This document shows positions 1 through 10,300 of a DNA stretch of 64,000 nucleotides, piece by piece. The first letter of the stretch is position 1. Each line of letters opens with the position of its first letter. Under the pieces are notes generated by a model. That model had not been told where the DNA came from, did no database searches, and saw only the letters and a program-made list of their open reading frames with translations. The stretch lies in the NCBI RefSeq assembly GCF_056746865.1, contig NZ_JBWKMP010000002.1; one strand, written 5' to 3'. Position numbers and translations under genes: made by a program. The stretch comes from a plasmid.

Positions 1-627
1 TATCTCATCAATAGTTCGATGGGCTACGTAACAGGCGGTCTAAAAGGTTTTGGGATCATGAGCCTCGGCTCTTTGTACAGTTCTTCTGACGCCGAATACA
101 TCCAGGTCAATCAATACCTAGTGTTCGTCCCCAATCCAAAAAAATTGCCTTACAATGATGAAAGTTTGGTACGTGAAGGAGCTAAGTATGTTTTTGAGCA
201 TACAAAAGCAACTCAGGCCTCATTTGGATACAACCCTGAAAAACAGAAAGCAGCTCTGGCCACATGTAAAATTGATATGGCAGTCGTCAATAAATGGAGT
301 ACCTGTGATCTGCCCTCTAAGCCTGATGCTGATGTTTTCCCTACAGATTCAATGTACAGCTTTCAGGCGATTCGCCCCGCAACAGGAACCGAAATTCCTC
401 AGCTAAACCTTCCCGCTGGTGATTACGCTGTAATTCGTTATGTGTTCATCCCATTTAAAGGAAACGAAACAAGCGCTGATTTTTCGGGTATCATTTTCCG
501 TTCTGATAGCCCAAATACAACAACTCCAGGGGGTGTTGCAGCCTCCATCAACGGAAAAGATTATTACCTCTTTACCGGTGAATACGGTAAAAAAGGCTTC
601 CCAGAAAAAACATTGAAAGCCAAGTAA
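1..627 (+). CDS. C-terminal part of a hypothetical protein; frame is open to the left window edge
   Basis: The ORF 19..627 frame has no stop between positions 1 and 18, so the gene probably starts outside the window. No motif recognised. It ends at a shared hairpin terminator. Confidence 0.45.
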   Translation, partial: YLINSSMGYVTGGLKGFGIMSLGSLYSSSDAEYIQVNQYLVFVPNPKKLPYNDESLVREGAKYVFEHTKATQASFGYNPEKQKAALATCKIDMAVVNKWSTCDLPSKPDADVFPTDSMYSFQAIRPATGTEIPQLNLPAGDYAVIRYVFIPFKGNETSADFSGIIFRSDSPNTTTPGGVAASINGKDYYLFTGEYGKKGFPEKTLKAK

Positions 628-630
628 TTA

Positions 631-657
631 AAAAAGGGGCCTAACGGCCCCTTCTTC
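631..657. terminator. Bidirectional rho-independent terminator between convergent genes
   Basis: Perfect hairpin GGGGCC-TAAC-GGCCCC at 636-651, preceded by A5 and followed by a T-rich tract. It lies between the stop at 627 and the trhN stop at 656. Confidence 0.6.
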
Positions 658-3600
658 AATATTTCGGCAACTGCTTGCCCGTAACCGGATCCAGCGTAGT
701 TGAACCTACCTCACATATGGCCGGTCGAGGTAAATAGCTACAATCTACATTTTCCTCTTTTATAGCCTGAGCATTTTCTTGTCTGGCCTTTATCATATTT
801 TCTTCACCGCCCATTGCTTCCTTGGTACGTTCTGATGGAAGTTGATAGTTCTCATTCTGGAATGGTAAGTTTTCCACAATTGATTCTTCGGAGAATTTTG
901 AATATTGATCAGGAACTTCTCCTACCTGAACTGCATCATTAATCCACTCCGTCAGATCAATTTTATCGAAATCCAGTTGCTGTATTTGCTTTATTGATAG
1001 CCCCACGCAATTAGAGGCGACAGGGTCTATTCCTAATTGCGGATAAGCTTGTTGCATAATAACGCGTGACAACATGGAATTATAACAGCACATGTCTGTT
1101 GCTTTTTTAACGCATTTCTTTGTGAAACCAACATTCAGATATTTGACGCATCGTTCCGTATCTAATGTAAAACAGGATTTTTGATTCTTATGAATAGAAG
1201 CTTCCATCTCTTTCTGGTCGCATGCTACCAACATTTCTAAAAGCATTTTAGTGACCTGATAGGCTGTATAAATCCAACCGATCACGTTTAATGCAAGCAT
1301 AAAGTTTTGAACCGCAGCCGAGAAGACAACCTCTCCTCCGGTAGTAGCAACGTTCTTAAAGACAAAGTCTCGAACTGTATCTGGTAGCAATTCGTAGGCT
1401 TTCTTCATTGCCATCTGCTTAAGCTGACCTATACCGAAGCTGGACATTGTTTCCTGTGCCAACTGGCCAGCACCTCCTGCCCCTCCAGAAGTTGCGGAAG
1501 ACCCAACTGCCCTGCTTAGATTACCAGCGACGTTTTCATATACGCTCGTTAAGGAGCTCGTGACATTGTTCCACATTTGCCCTACTGTTTTACCAGCTGA
1601 TGCAGTCCACTCACCGACCGCATTGGACATAGAAGCCCATGTACCTGTATCACCGCCGGTCCATTTTATTAGCTGAGCATTAACTCTGGTCCAGTTAGTG
1701 TTTCTGATCATAGATCCGGCAAGCATGATACCTTCAAGTGCTCCTGCGGTTCCCTGCGGTGCTTCGCAGCAGTCCGTCTTTGCCAGGCCATTTACAAAGC
1801 CTACTGAACGACCACACCATTCAGGTTTTCCTTCAAAGACAGAACAGGAATTGGCATCGTTAGGGTCTTCGCATTTGGCTTCGCCCTGCATGTACTGAAC
1901 CATGTTTGAATAAGCCGCAACTTTTCCAAAATCGTTGTTCTCTTCCTTTGGCCCAGTTTCGCATGTTCCTCCAGAACATGGGATCATGCCAACACAGGCA
2001 TTTGTAGAAGATTCAACCTCACGAACTACATCCTTACCTCTGTCACAGGTGTATTTCTGTTCATACATGTAGCAGCTGTTAGTGCCCTCATCGAACCAAC
2101 CCTCTGCACATGTTTGTTTATCGAGTACACATGCTGCATCATTTTTATAAGAACTACATGCATCAGGCATACTCTTAATTTCTTCGTAGTTGTAACAGAG
2201 GTCCTTTCCATTAGCGTCTTTCATAATTTTCCCACTGGCGTCATAAGAGCAAATCTTGTCTTTAGCCAATGGATCACAAAAATAGCCTTCAAGGTTAGTC
2301 TTCCAGGTAAGAAAGCCTTTATCGCCTTCATACAGCGGCTTTGCCATAGAAAGCACGCTTTCCGGAAGCCGCTTCGTGCCAACATCCATATCTTTAAACC
2401 GATCGAAACGGCAGAATGTATTTGGTGTTTGTACAGCATCGTAACAACCAGCTGGTTCCTGGACGTGCTTATCTTCGAGCTTCATATTTTCAAACGTCAG
2501 CTCAACCTCAAAGTACCCTTCACCTCCCCCACCAACCCAGACTCTGGATGCCATTGTCACTTCACGATCAGGTTCTTCATAAACTGATTTTCTGACCTTT
2601 TCAGTTACATCGTATACTTTGTCGAGTTTCCACGATTTTTTTAACTCCCAAGATCCCTTTGGAGCCGGATAGTCACTTTCTCGATATGCACCATCTATGT
2701 GAGCAAAAATCTGCGTGCCATCAAGTGTTACCCGCATGTGGTCATCCCACTCCGCGTTAACAATCTTTGCTGAGGCCAATTTTGCATCCGGATGGAATTT
2801 TAATGTCAGTTCGTTATCAAATACCCCGTCACTCCAGTAGTTGTCATCACGGCGACCAAACCATATACGCACACAATTATCGCCGCACATCGACATGTCT
2901 CCGTTTCCGCCTGAAATGTATACAGGAACAGAGAAGTCACGAGTTATCGTGCAGCTGCTGAAGTTATCTTGCTTAGGCGAGTTACAGTAGAACTCTTTGT
3001 AATCAGGATAGTGTGTGGTTATTGTTTTTTTGGAGGTCTCAACATTACAGTTCTGAAGCCAGTTTCCAGTACCAGCAACAGCATTGGTTATCTCATTTCT
3101 CCCCGCAGTAAACATGGGATCGTTAGGCTTTACAGACGATGCCGGGTTGTCCTTGTTAGCATTTACGAGGGTGCGGTAGGCAACGCCATCATAACTTTGA
3201 GCATCAAATAACTGGCTTTTCCGATTCTTTATATCGTTAACAAAGCCATCCTCATCCCCATAACGATCTGCGGCGTTGAACTTTATATCGCTGTGCTTTT
3301 GCTCTGAGCTGAAAATCTCTCCCGTATTTGTTTTGGTTCCAGGAGTAGTATTGGGATTACTGCTTATACCAATGTTGCCATTAGCATCACGAGAGAGCAG
3401 CTTTGCCCCTTCCTTGGTGTAGTTTGAATTGATTGTCCCTCCAGACATACTCGGCAGTTGTACGGCGCTACCAATAGACTTTCCATCGGATGCGGCATTT
3501 TTCATGACACTTTCATTAGAGTTCCCTGCCCCATACTTCCCGAGATTAAGATTAGCGGATTCGGCTTTACCCACGTATTTCTCGGTGATCTTCCCACTGA

Positions 3601-3844
3601 CATTCTCGCCTGAATCCGCGTTCTTGTATTTCTCCACAATGTCCTGAGCACTGGTGGTTGCATTGCGATTTGCGTTAGGATTTGCAAGGTTAAAATTATT
3701 TTCGAGCTGGTCAAATATAGCGTCAGCAGCGTAAACACGTGGTGTCATTACCATGTTTATGAGTGTGACATAAAAAGCCCAACTCATAGTATTGGCAACC
3801 ATTGATGCAATAATCGCTGAGGTGATTGTTTTTCTAAGTTTCAC
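656..3844 (-). CDS. trhN: TraN-family mating-pair stabilisation outer-membrane protein (IncH TrhN type, long form)
   Basis: 1062 aa with an N-terminal signal/TM segment and a very Cys-rich C-terminal two thirds typical of TraN. It is last in the trhP-W-U-N order. The N-terminal ~250 aa is an N/S/G/K-rich extension. Confidence 0.85.
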   Translation of the reverse strand: MKLRKTITSAIIASMVANTMSWAFYVTLINMVMTPRVYAADAIFDQLENNFNLANPNANRNATTSAQDIVEKYKNADSGENVSGKITEKYVGKAESANLNLGKYGAGNSNESVMKNAASDGKSIGSAVQLPSMSGGTINSNYTKEGAKLLSRDANGNIGISSNPNTTPGTKTNTGEIFSSEQKHSDIKFNAADRYGDEDGFVNDIKNRKSQLFDAQSYDGVAYRTLVNANKDNPASSVKPNDPMFTAGRNEITNAVAGTGNWLQNCNVETSKKTITTHYPDYKEFYCNSPKQDNFSSCTITRDFSVPVYISGGNGDMSMCGDNCVRIWFGRRDDNYWSDGVFDNELTLKFHPDAKLASAKIVNAEWDDHMRVTLDGTQIFAHIDGAYRESDYPAPKGSWELKKSWKLDKVYDVTEKVRKSVYEEPDREVTMASRVWVGGGGEGYFEVELTFENMKLEDKHVQEPAGCYDAVQTPNTFCRFDRFKDMDVGTKRLPESVLSMAKPLYEGDKGFLTWKTNLEGYFCDPLAKDKICSYDASGKIMKDANGKDLCYNYEEIKSMPDACSSYKNDAACVLDKQTCAEGWFDEGTNSCYMYEQKYTCDRGKDVVREVESSTNACVGMIPCSGGTCETGPKEENNDFGKVAAYSNMVQYMQGEAKCEDPNDANSCSVFEGKPEWCGRSVGFVNGLAKTDCCEAPQGTAGALEGIMLAGSMIRNTNWTRVNAQLIKWTGGDTGTWASMSNAVGEWTASAGKTVGQMWNNVTSSLTSVYENVAGNLSRAVGSSATSGGAGGAGQLAQETMSSFGIGQLKQMAMKKAYELLPDTVRDFVFKNVATTGGEVVFSAAVQNFMLALNVIGWIYTAYQVTKMLLEMLVACDQKEMEASIHKNQKSCFTLDTERCVKYLNVGFTKKCVKKATDMCCYNSMLSRVIMQQAYPQLGIDPVASNCVGLSIKQIQQLDFDKIDLTEWINDAVQVGEVPDQYSKFSEESIVENLPFQNENYQLPSERTKEAMGGEENMIKARQENAQAIKEENVDCSYLPRPAICEVGSTTLDPVTGKQLPKY

Positions 3845-3862
3845 TTATTTTCTCCTTAGAAA

Positions 3863-4924
3863 TCAAACGCCTGGAACGTAGCGAACACAACAGTCATTGT
3901 AACGCCACAACATATAGACATAATTATCGTTGCCTATTTTTTTGCGCCCACCTTTAAGGGTTGACCAGTCGTGTACCGAATCACCAAGACGATGACAGCA
4001 ATCCGGTCCCTTCGCCTCAGGAGTAGGGAAAAGCATTGAAAGCCGATACTGGGAACGTGGTGTAAAGTATTCCCACGTTTTCTCACACATTGCGTCTGCT
4101 CCCATCGTTCGCATCAGCATGCCTTGGCGATGTAGTTTTGTCAGAAGACGCTGGGTAATCAGTGAACTCGTCCTTACAGCGTCATCATTTGCGTAAATGT
4201 GGCCGGTTAATGGGTAAAGGTTGCCATCGCATCCGGCACAAAAGTATGCAGCGAGATTATCCTTTCCTGCTGTTACTGCTACACAGTCAGCAGCGCACAC
4301 CATTGAGGCAATTGGGTTTGCAAAAACTACTGCCTCGGGATTCAGGACGAGTGTAAGCAGATCACTTTCCCACATAGGGTCCACTTCGCTTATATAGGTC
4401 AGGCTGGCATCTATATAGGGTTCAGCAGTGCACTCGCCAATAATCAGTAATTTGAGCATTGTCATGATTGGGAACTCCCAAAGATGAACATCGTAAAATC
4501 CGGCTTCAGTTGCTGTCATTGGCTGATTAGTGTTGCTTTTACCAATATCAAACTGCGATTTTTGAAGCATCGTGCCTTCAAGAAAGGGGCTGCACCAGGG
4601 GCTCTTTACAACTTCTACAATCTTCACCGGCTGAAAGAAGCTCAATTGCCAACCTATTTCCGGTACGCCGTTCTGATCTGTGCAGTAGCAACCCGGACGT
4701 GAAGGTGCAGCGCCTTCTGGAGCAGCCCCTATGCCCATTATCCTCATGGGAAAAATGCAGCTCCAACAGATATTCTTAATCAAGCCCTGCCACACTCCAG
4801 CTGACTGACACATAGCCCCAGGGACTCCAGCATCTGCTGCCATAGCCATACCAGGTATAGAAAGCGAAAGCATAACTGCTACAATGAACTCTAAAAGTAA
4901 CTTTTTGAATTTTTTCACCATCAT
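3863..4924 (-). CDS. trhU: TraU-family pilus assembly / DNA transfer protein
   Basis: Signal peptide MMVKKFKKLLLEFIVAVMLSLSIPGMAMA and conserved Cys pattern (ICWSCIFPMRIMG). It sits between the traW-like and traN-like genes. I start it at the internal ATG ATG (4924); the track ORF start at 5023 adds 33 unlikely residues. Confidence 0.85.
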   Translation of the reverse strand: MMVKKFKKLLLEFIVAVMLSLSIPGMAMAADAGVPGAMCQSAGVWQGLIKNICWSCIFPMRIMGIGAAPEGAAPSRPGCYCTDQNGVPEIGWQLSFFQPVKIVEVVKSPWCSPFLEGTMLQKSQFDIGKSNTNQPMTATEAGFYDVHLWEFPIMTMLKLLIIGECTAEPYIDASLTYISEVDPMWESDLLTLVLNPEAVVFANPIASMVCAADCVAVTAGKDNLAAYFCAGCDGNLYPLTGHIYANDDAVRTSSLITQRLLTKLHRQGMLMRTMGADAMCEKTWEYFTPRSQYRLSMLFPTPEAKGPDCCHRLGDSVHDWSTLKGGRKKIGNDNYVYMLWRYNDCCVRYVPGV

Positions 4925-5062
4925 GCTCACTTGGATGTAATAAATGTTGCAACACTTTCGATATAGTCGACGGCTTTGGTAAAATAACTTCTCATCTGGT
5001 CCGGATAATTTAGCGTCAGCCATGTTGCAAAGAGAGCGCCTATAATAAATCCGAGTTTCATA

Positions 5063-6586
5063 TTATTTTTCCTCTGAAAGATTTGGGGCTCCGATTCCAC
5101 GGACTTCTGCCTCGCTAAACAGGGTGATCCGGAATTTATCTTGGTCAGTAGTTATAAGCGCAGGTGTATTTTTAATCTGAAAGCGTGAGATAATCTGTTC
5201 GTTTACTTTAAACACCTTACCGTTAAATTTTTCACGTAAATCATTTAGGTGATCCCATCCATTATCTTTTTGGATACGGGTAAACATTGGCATTACTTTT
5301 CCACTACCCAGACGTTGTCGATACTGCTGCTCAGCCCATACCAGCTGGCCCGGATTGAGTGGATCGAAAATTATCATCGTCAGGTTTTGAGGAAATCTCG
5401 AAAGTGGATTAATCAACTCACCGGCGGAAGCTATTACACGGCCCTGCTTATCTTTTACGTCCTGAGTGACCCTCACTGTAGGGTCAATTAAAAATTCTTT
5501 GTGTTCCTGGGCAGGAGGGAGATCGACCATCCATTGATTTTTCCAGGTGTCCGCAACGGCCCTTTTTTTTGCACCTTCCCAGTCATATTTTTGTGCGCGT
5601 TCTTCCAGTTCTTTAATGATGCTCTTTTCTTCAACGGGATAAATCGTACCAGCAACAGGAAAAATGTCCTGATCGGGTTTTTTAGCAAGTTCTCGCTGAA
5701 AAAACTCAACGTTGAAGGACCCTACCATTTTTGCAAAACGAGCTTGCTCCCGAGAAATAATTGTCGGTACTTGAGTTACTTGATACTGACTGAAGCTATC
5801 AGGATCAATTGTAATCAAAGGAGATTCAAATTTTCCTTTGACAATCATTTGGTTTATTGCTGCCTGTGTCTCTGGTAGCCGAGTAGTTCCTTTCTTTAGA
5901 CCATTGAAAACTACACGAGCTTTATGCTCTGAGGCCGTACGTAAAAGGTCTTCCAGTACATAATCCGGTAAGCTAAATGAAGCAAAGATCGTTATACCAT
6001 TTTCAGTTGATAGTGCTTCTTCACGTGTGCTATCCATTTTTCTTTCGAAGTCAGCAGCTGTGATGCCCGAGGAACCAAACAATTTTTCGATATTTTTAGA
6101 TTGTCCTCGCATGACTTCCGGCTTATTTTCCACAGCTTTCAGAGCCGCTTCATTAAGGCTGGCGTTTTCCTGAATTTCATCACGTCTTCTAATTATATCG
6201 TTGACAGCATCAGAGTTATTACTTTGGGCCCTTATAGCCTGGGTATGGTCTATAACTGCTTGAACACTATCCGCATTCATACCGGGCACGTAACCACGGT
6301 TTGTTTGCCTGCTCAGGTCCTGGTTTTTTTTGAGTGCTTCAGCTTGCGCAATGTACTTCTGCACATCTGGTGAATTTAGCGTAGCATCAAGGCTAAGAGC
6401 CCCATCTGGCTGCTGTGCACCTTTAGCCTGAGCGCCAAGCCCTTTTGCTTGCTGAGCGATTAGGTCAGCATCATGTTGATACTCAGTGCTTGCATTTGTA
6501 TTACTTAAAACTGCACATAACGCAAGTCCAGGAAGTATTGGTAAATATTTTTTATTTACATTAAAAGATCGCATATGTTTTCCCAA
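5063..6586 (-). CDS. trhW: TraW/TrbC-like periplasmic pilus assembly protein (IncH TrhW)
   Basis: 507 aa with signal peptide LCAVLSNTNAST. It sits between the peptidase gene and trhU. From memory, IncH TrhW is a TrbC-TraW fusion of about this size. Confidence 0.7.
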   Translation of the reverse strand: MGKHMRSFNVNKKYLPILPGLALCAVLSNTNASTEYQHDADLIAQQAKGLGAQAKGAQQPDGALSLDATLNSPDVQKYIAQAEALKKNQDLSRQTNRGYVPGMNADSVQAVIDHTQAIRAQSNNSDAVNDIIRRRDEIQENASLNEAALKAVENKPEVMRGQSKNIEKLFGSSGITAADFERKMDSTREEALSTENGITIFASFSLPDYVLEDLLRTASEHKARVVFNGLKKGTTRLPETQAAINQMIVKGKFESPLITIDPDSFSQYQVTQVPTIISREQARFAKMVGSFNVEFFQRELAKKPDQDIFPVAGTIYPVEEKSIIKELEERAQKYDWEGAKKRAVADTWKNQWMVDLPPAQEHKEFLIDPTVRVTQDVKDKQGRVIASAGELINPLSRFPQNLTMIIFDPLNPGQLVWAEQQYRQRLGSGKVMPMFTRIQKDNGWDHLNDLREKFNGKVFKVNEQIISRFQIKNTPALITTDQDKFRITLFSEAEVRGIGAPNLSEEK

Positions 6587-7073
6587 TTACTGAATTCAGC
6601 TTTACTGTTCCCCAAAAACGGGAATCCCATGAGTGATCGGTTTGCCCAATTAGGAAAACTTCGCCTTCAGGAATTATCAATTCTTTTTCAATCAAAATGG
6701 ACGGAATACTGTATTTCTTTGAAATACGACGTGCATTAGCTTCAAAAAATTTGTCCCCGTTATAAACCCCATCCATTGTTACTTTGAGTTTGTCACCGCC
6801 CACACCGGCAACAATTTTTATGACTCGTTCATTTTCTGGGATAAAACGAACCGATTTCGGCATGTTGAAAGCTATGAGTTCACCAGTTTTAATAGTTTTA
6901 TCCGAATGATCAATCATATAAAAATCAGCAGGCAGGCACCCATTCAATAAACCGTATCCAAATGTATAACGGGTGAAAAAGACACACATAACGAGAATCA
7001 GCAATAAAATATTAATGGGGACATACCAATCCAGTATAAGCAGCCCTCTCTTTTTAGGTATGTAGTCGCTCAT
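6561..7073 (-). CDS. trhP: S26-family conjugative signal peptidase (RP4 TraF-like pilin maturase, IncH TrhP)
   Basis: 170 aa with one N-terminal TM helix. The C-terminus LIGQTDHSWDSRFWGTV is typical of the LepB/TraF peptidase fold. It overlaps the trhW start by 26 nt. Confidence 0.8.
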   Translation of the reverse strand: MSDYIPKKRGLLILDWYVPINILLLILVMCVFFTRYTFGYGLLNGCLPADFYMIDHSDKTIKTGELIAFNMPKSVRFIPENERVIKIVAGVGGDKLKVTMDGVYNGDKFFEANARRISKKYSIPSILIEKELIIPEGEVFLIGQTDHSWDSRFWGTVKLNSVIGKTYAIF

Positions 7074-7257
7074 ATTTTTCTCACTAGCACTGAAGAATAT
7101 TTTTACTAAGTAGATACACCTCTATCCAAGTAACTATTATCCATGTTTTTCAACGCTCGGAAGTCTGCAAACTAACCTAATATTAACCTATAAGGATGTT
7201 AATTTCTCAGCATGTAGACGCAGCCTTGTTAGCGGCCATGAAAGATACCTTTGTAGC

Positions 7258-7268
7258 AAAGTTACTTT
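7258..7268. promoter_or_regulatory. Copy of the dispersed palindrome AAAGTTACTTT, ~185 bp upstream of trhP
   Basis: Exact 5+1+5 palindrome in the rsp-trhP intergenic region. It belongs to the AAAAGTNACTTTT family listed in the findings. Confidence 0.4.
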
Positions 7269-7303
7269 CCGGTATTAATTTTTCAAAGGTCCAATTGTTG
7301 GGC

Positions 7304-7336
7304 ATAAAAAAGCCGGGACAAAATGTCCCGGCTTTA
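7304..7336 (-). terminator. Rho-independent terminator after the Ig-like protein gene
   Basis: Perfect 8-bp stem AGCCGGGA / TCCCGGCT (7311-7318 and 7326-7333) with a 7-nt loop. On the minus strand it is followed by a T run (A5 at 7306-7310). Confidence 0.65.
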
Positions 7337-7350
7337 TATTTAAAAATTTA

Positions 7351-10300
7351 TTACTCACTGCTTGGTATTGATACAGTGTTTTCAGACTTACTTGCCTCTT
7401 CAGCCGGTCCGAAAACTGTCACGTGCTGCGTTGCAAAGTCTCCACTATCATCATAAGCAATTACTTTTATGTCCTGCTTACCACGGTTAAGGTTTTTAGA
7501 AAGTGTAGCCGTACTACCGAAAACGTTCCTTAATTCGCCGTTGATGAACCATTCATATCTAACCATTTTTCCATCAGTATCATCACATTTATTGGTAAAG
7601 CTCCAGCTTAGGTTGGTTTCCGTGTAGCTCAATGTACAATTAGGCACTGCGTTTTTAACGACATCAAACTCAACAGATGCTGAACCTCTCTGTCCAAGTT
7701 TACTAACAACATCAATTGTGATCTCGTATTTCTTTTCTTTTAAACCCGAAATCAGTTGAGCCCAATAATTTTTGCCGCTGGGTATTACCTCACCGTTCAC
7801 CTTGTATGTGACCGTATCTATCGAGTCCGCCGAATGAGATAGCTTGATGTTTGACCTTAAGGTTACATCGAGTGGAGCTCTCATATATTTGTTAGAGAAC
7901 TTGGGTGTCATCTCAACGTTCATTGGCGTTTGTTCATCGACAACAAAGGTATTTTCGATACGCTGTTCATTGTTGCGGTTATCTTTGAAAACAACCATCA
8001 ATGTATATTTGCCAGGATTTTCAATTGTAAATTCTTTGGTGTCACCTTCATCTTTAGTGATTACCAGATTCTCTTTGTCGTAAATCCATTCTCGGGAATA
8101 AGTAACACCAGGATAGTCTCCATCCTTAATACCGCTCAACGCAACGCGTAGGGTGGTCGGTGCCATGTCGTATTTAAGTTTGGAGCTTATTTTCATTTCG
8201 GGGAATTTATAAACCCACGATTTGACAGAAACTCTACGGGTAGAAACCGTATTCTCCTTATTGTCCGCTAACCATGCACTGTATTCAAAAGCAGCATATC
8301 CCTGTTTATCCAACATTTGCTCAGTAAGGGTAACAGACAGTGTAGAGCCTTTAAATGTCTGGCCATCCGGTGTTTTCCATTCTTCAACTACGTTATTACC
8401 ATTCTGGTACTTACTGTTAGGGTTCGTGAACTTACCTTCCAAAGTAACTTTTTGACCAACCTCTACCTTAGAAACCCCCGTTACCGAGACAGAAAGGCGC
8501 TTGGGTTTTGCGGCTGCCAACCGAGCAGACGTTTCCTTCCATGAAGACTCCTCTGCCAGTTCATCGAAATCAAGGTAACGCATCCGGGCATAAATCGTAG
8601 ACGGTAGGGTATCAGCTGAAGCCACAGTGTAAGTTGTATCTCCCTGCACCCAGTTGACTTTATCCTCTGACCAGAGAACCTCAGCGGTGCCTGCTGGTAT
8701 AGGCTCATCGTTATCAAGCAGGGTTACAGGTACATCTGAGCCCTGAAGAATGTCTGTCACATCTATACTGAGCTTAGGCTGCTTGTAGGTAACTACCGTT
8801 AAGGCATCTGTGTAGGAAACCTTAGATGTGAATTTATTGGTCATTTTTGCCCTATAAAGCCACTTTCCTACTTCTGTCTTTTTGATACTTACACTTCTCT
8901 TTCCGGTCATGTCGGAAAGCATATTCCAGGTTTGACCATTATCAGAGGACTGCTGCCATTCGGTGGGGGCAAGTGCGTCAGAGTTAGCAGTACTGGCAGA
9001 TTTGAAGCTTACCAGAGTACTAAGTGGGATCCTTCCGATAATAAGGCTTTTCGACAGGTTACCCTCCAGTTCCTCACCTTTATAGATTCGAATGCCTACA
9101 GCACTGGTCTCACGTTTCATTTCAAAATCAGAGAATGGCGATCTGACCTTAGCCACACCAACCAGACGCATATTACCCAGATCCATATTTTCAATTTTAA
9201 TCTTGGTTTCGACAATGCCCGCATCATTGACCGGCAATGCTTCAGTCAGCGCAGTTCTTTCGTATGTAGTTTTATAACGGCCTGTTTCTGGATCTTTGCC
9301 GTATACACTTTTTTGCGAGTATATCGTGACGTCCCATTCTCCCATTGTTTTACGGTCAAATGCACTTTTACGTGTGGAGTTGTTATAACGCCCCACTGTT
9401 ACCTTTAAGGGCACTTCAAGAGATGTGGCTGTTTTTCTGTCATCCACTTCCATCGATGCTCGAATATTGAAATCAGGCACCGTATATACGTTGAGTGTGT
9501 CTGTAGTTCTTAATTCTGGATCCTTTGAGTATTCTACAGCTATGTCAAAGACGTTCTTTGTCCACAATGGTGCAGCAGCAACCTTAACCCTTTGTACAAA
9601 GGTCGTTGCATCGTTGTTTGAGGAACGATTTTTAAATGACGTTTTGACAGCCTCAGAGCCGTTTTGAGAGACGATCATCGTAACGTCAGCTGGTACCACC
9701 TTCGCTAATATTCGAGCGGCCTCCCCCCCGGTCGTATAAGCCAGAGCAGTGTTCGGATTGATGCCAGCTATGACTTTATTCTTTTTGTAAGAGATGATCG
9801 GGTTGTATGGTAATTGTGTGGTCAGAGTACGGCGATTCCTTGCGGATACCGCTTTAGAGCCCTTCCCGTTAATCATATAGACTTGATAGTCGAGCAGATT
9901 CTCACCTGTTTTATTAAAGAATCCAGTTAGACCCGGGGTACGTCCTTTAAAATAGAACTCCAACCCATCAGGGACATTGTTCCACTGAGGGTAGCATGCT
10001 GTAACATCTGATTTTTCCCCATACCAGGCGAGGTAAGCATTCGCATTTTCCTCTGTGGTAAACAGAGTGCATTTATCACCAGCTGTTTGACTAAGCAGGT
10101 CCGTATACTGACGTACACGCGAGTAAAGAGTTACGTTTTTTTCCAGATTCTTGAGAGTGAATCCAGTAGGTTGATAAGTGAAAACGGTACTGAAATTAAC
10201 GTTTTTTCCATAAAGGTTTTCAGCCACCACAGTAATCTCGTGATCCGAATTAACTGCTAAATCGTCTCCAACCGGCAGGTAGTAAATACCTCTATAATTT

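Noticed and set aside
4925-5023. 33-codon N-terminal extension of trhU, and similar extensions of the dsbC-like gene (to 29098), trhL (to 33706), trhA (to 34104), paralog C (from 58395) and the methylase (to 57079).
   Set aside because: Internal starts give proper signal peptides or SD spacing and avoid long overlaps or read-through of hairpins.
7196-7456. 86-aa plus-strand ORF in the rsp-trhP gap.
   Set aside because: It reads through the terminator hairpin at 7311-7333 and overlaps the rsp 3' end. There is no SD.
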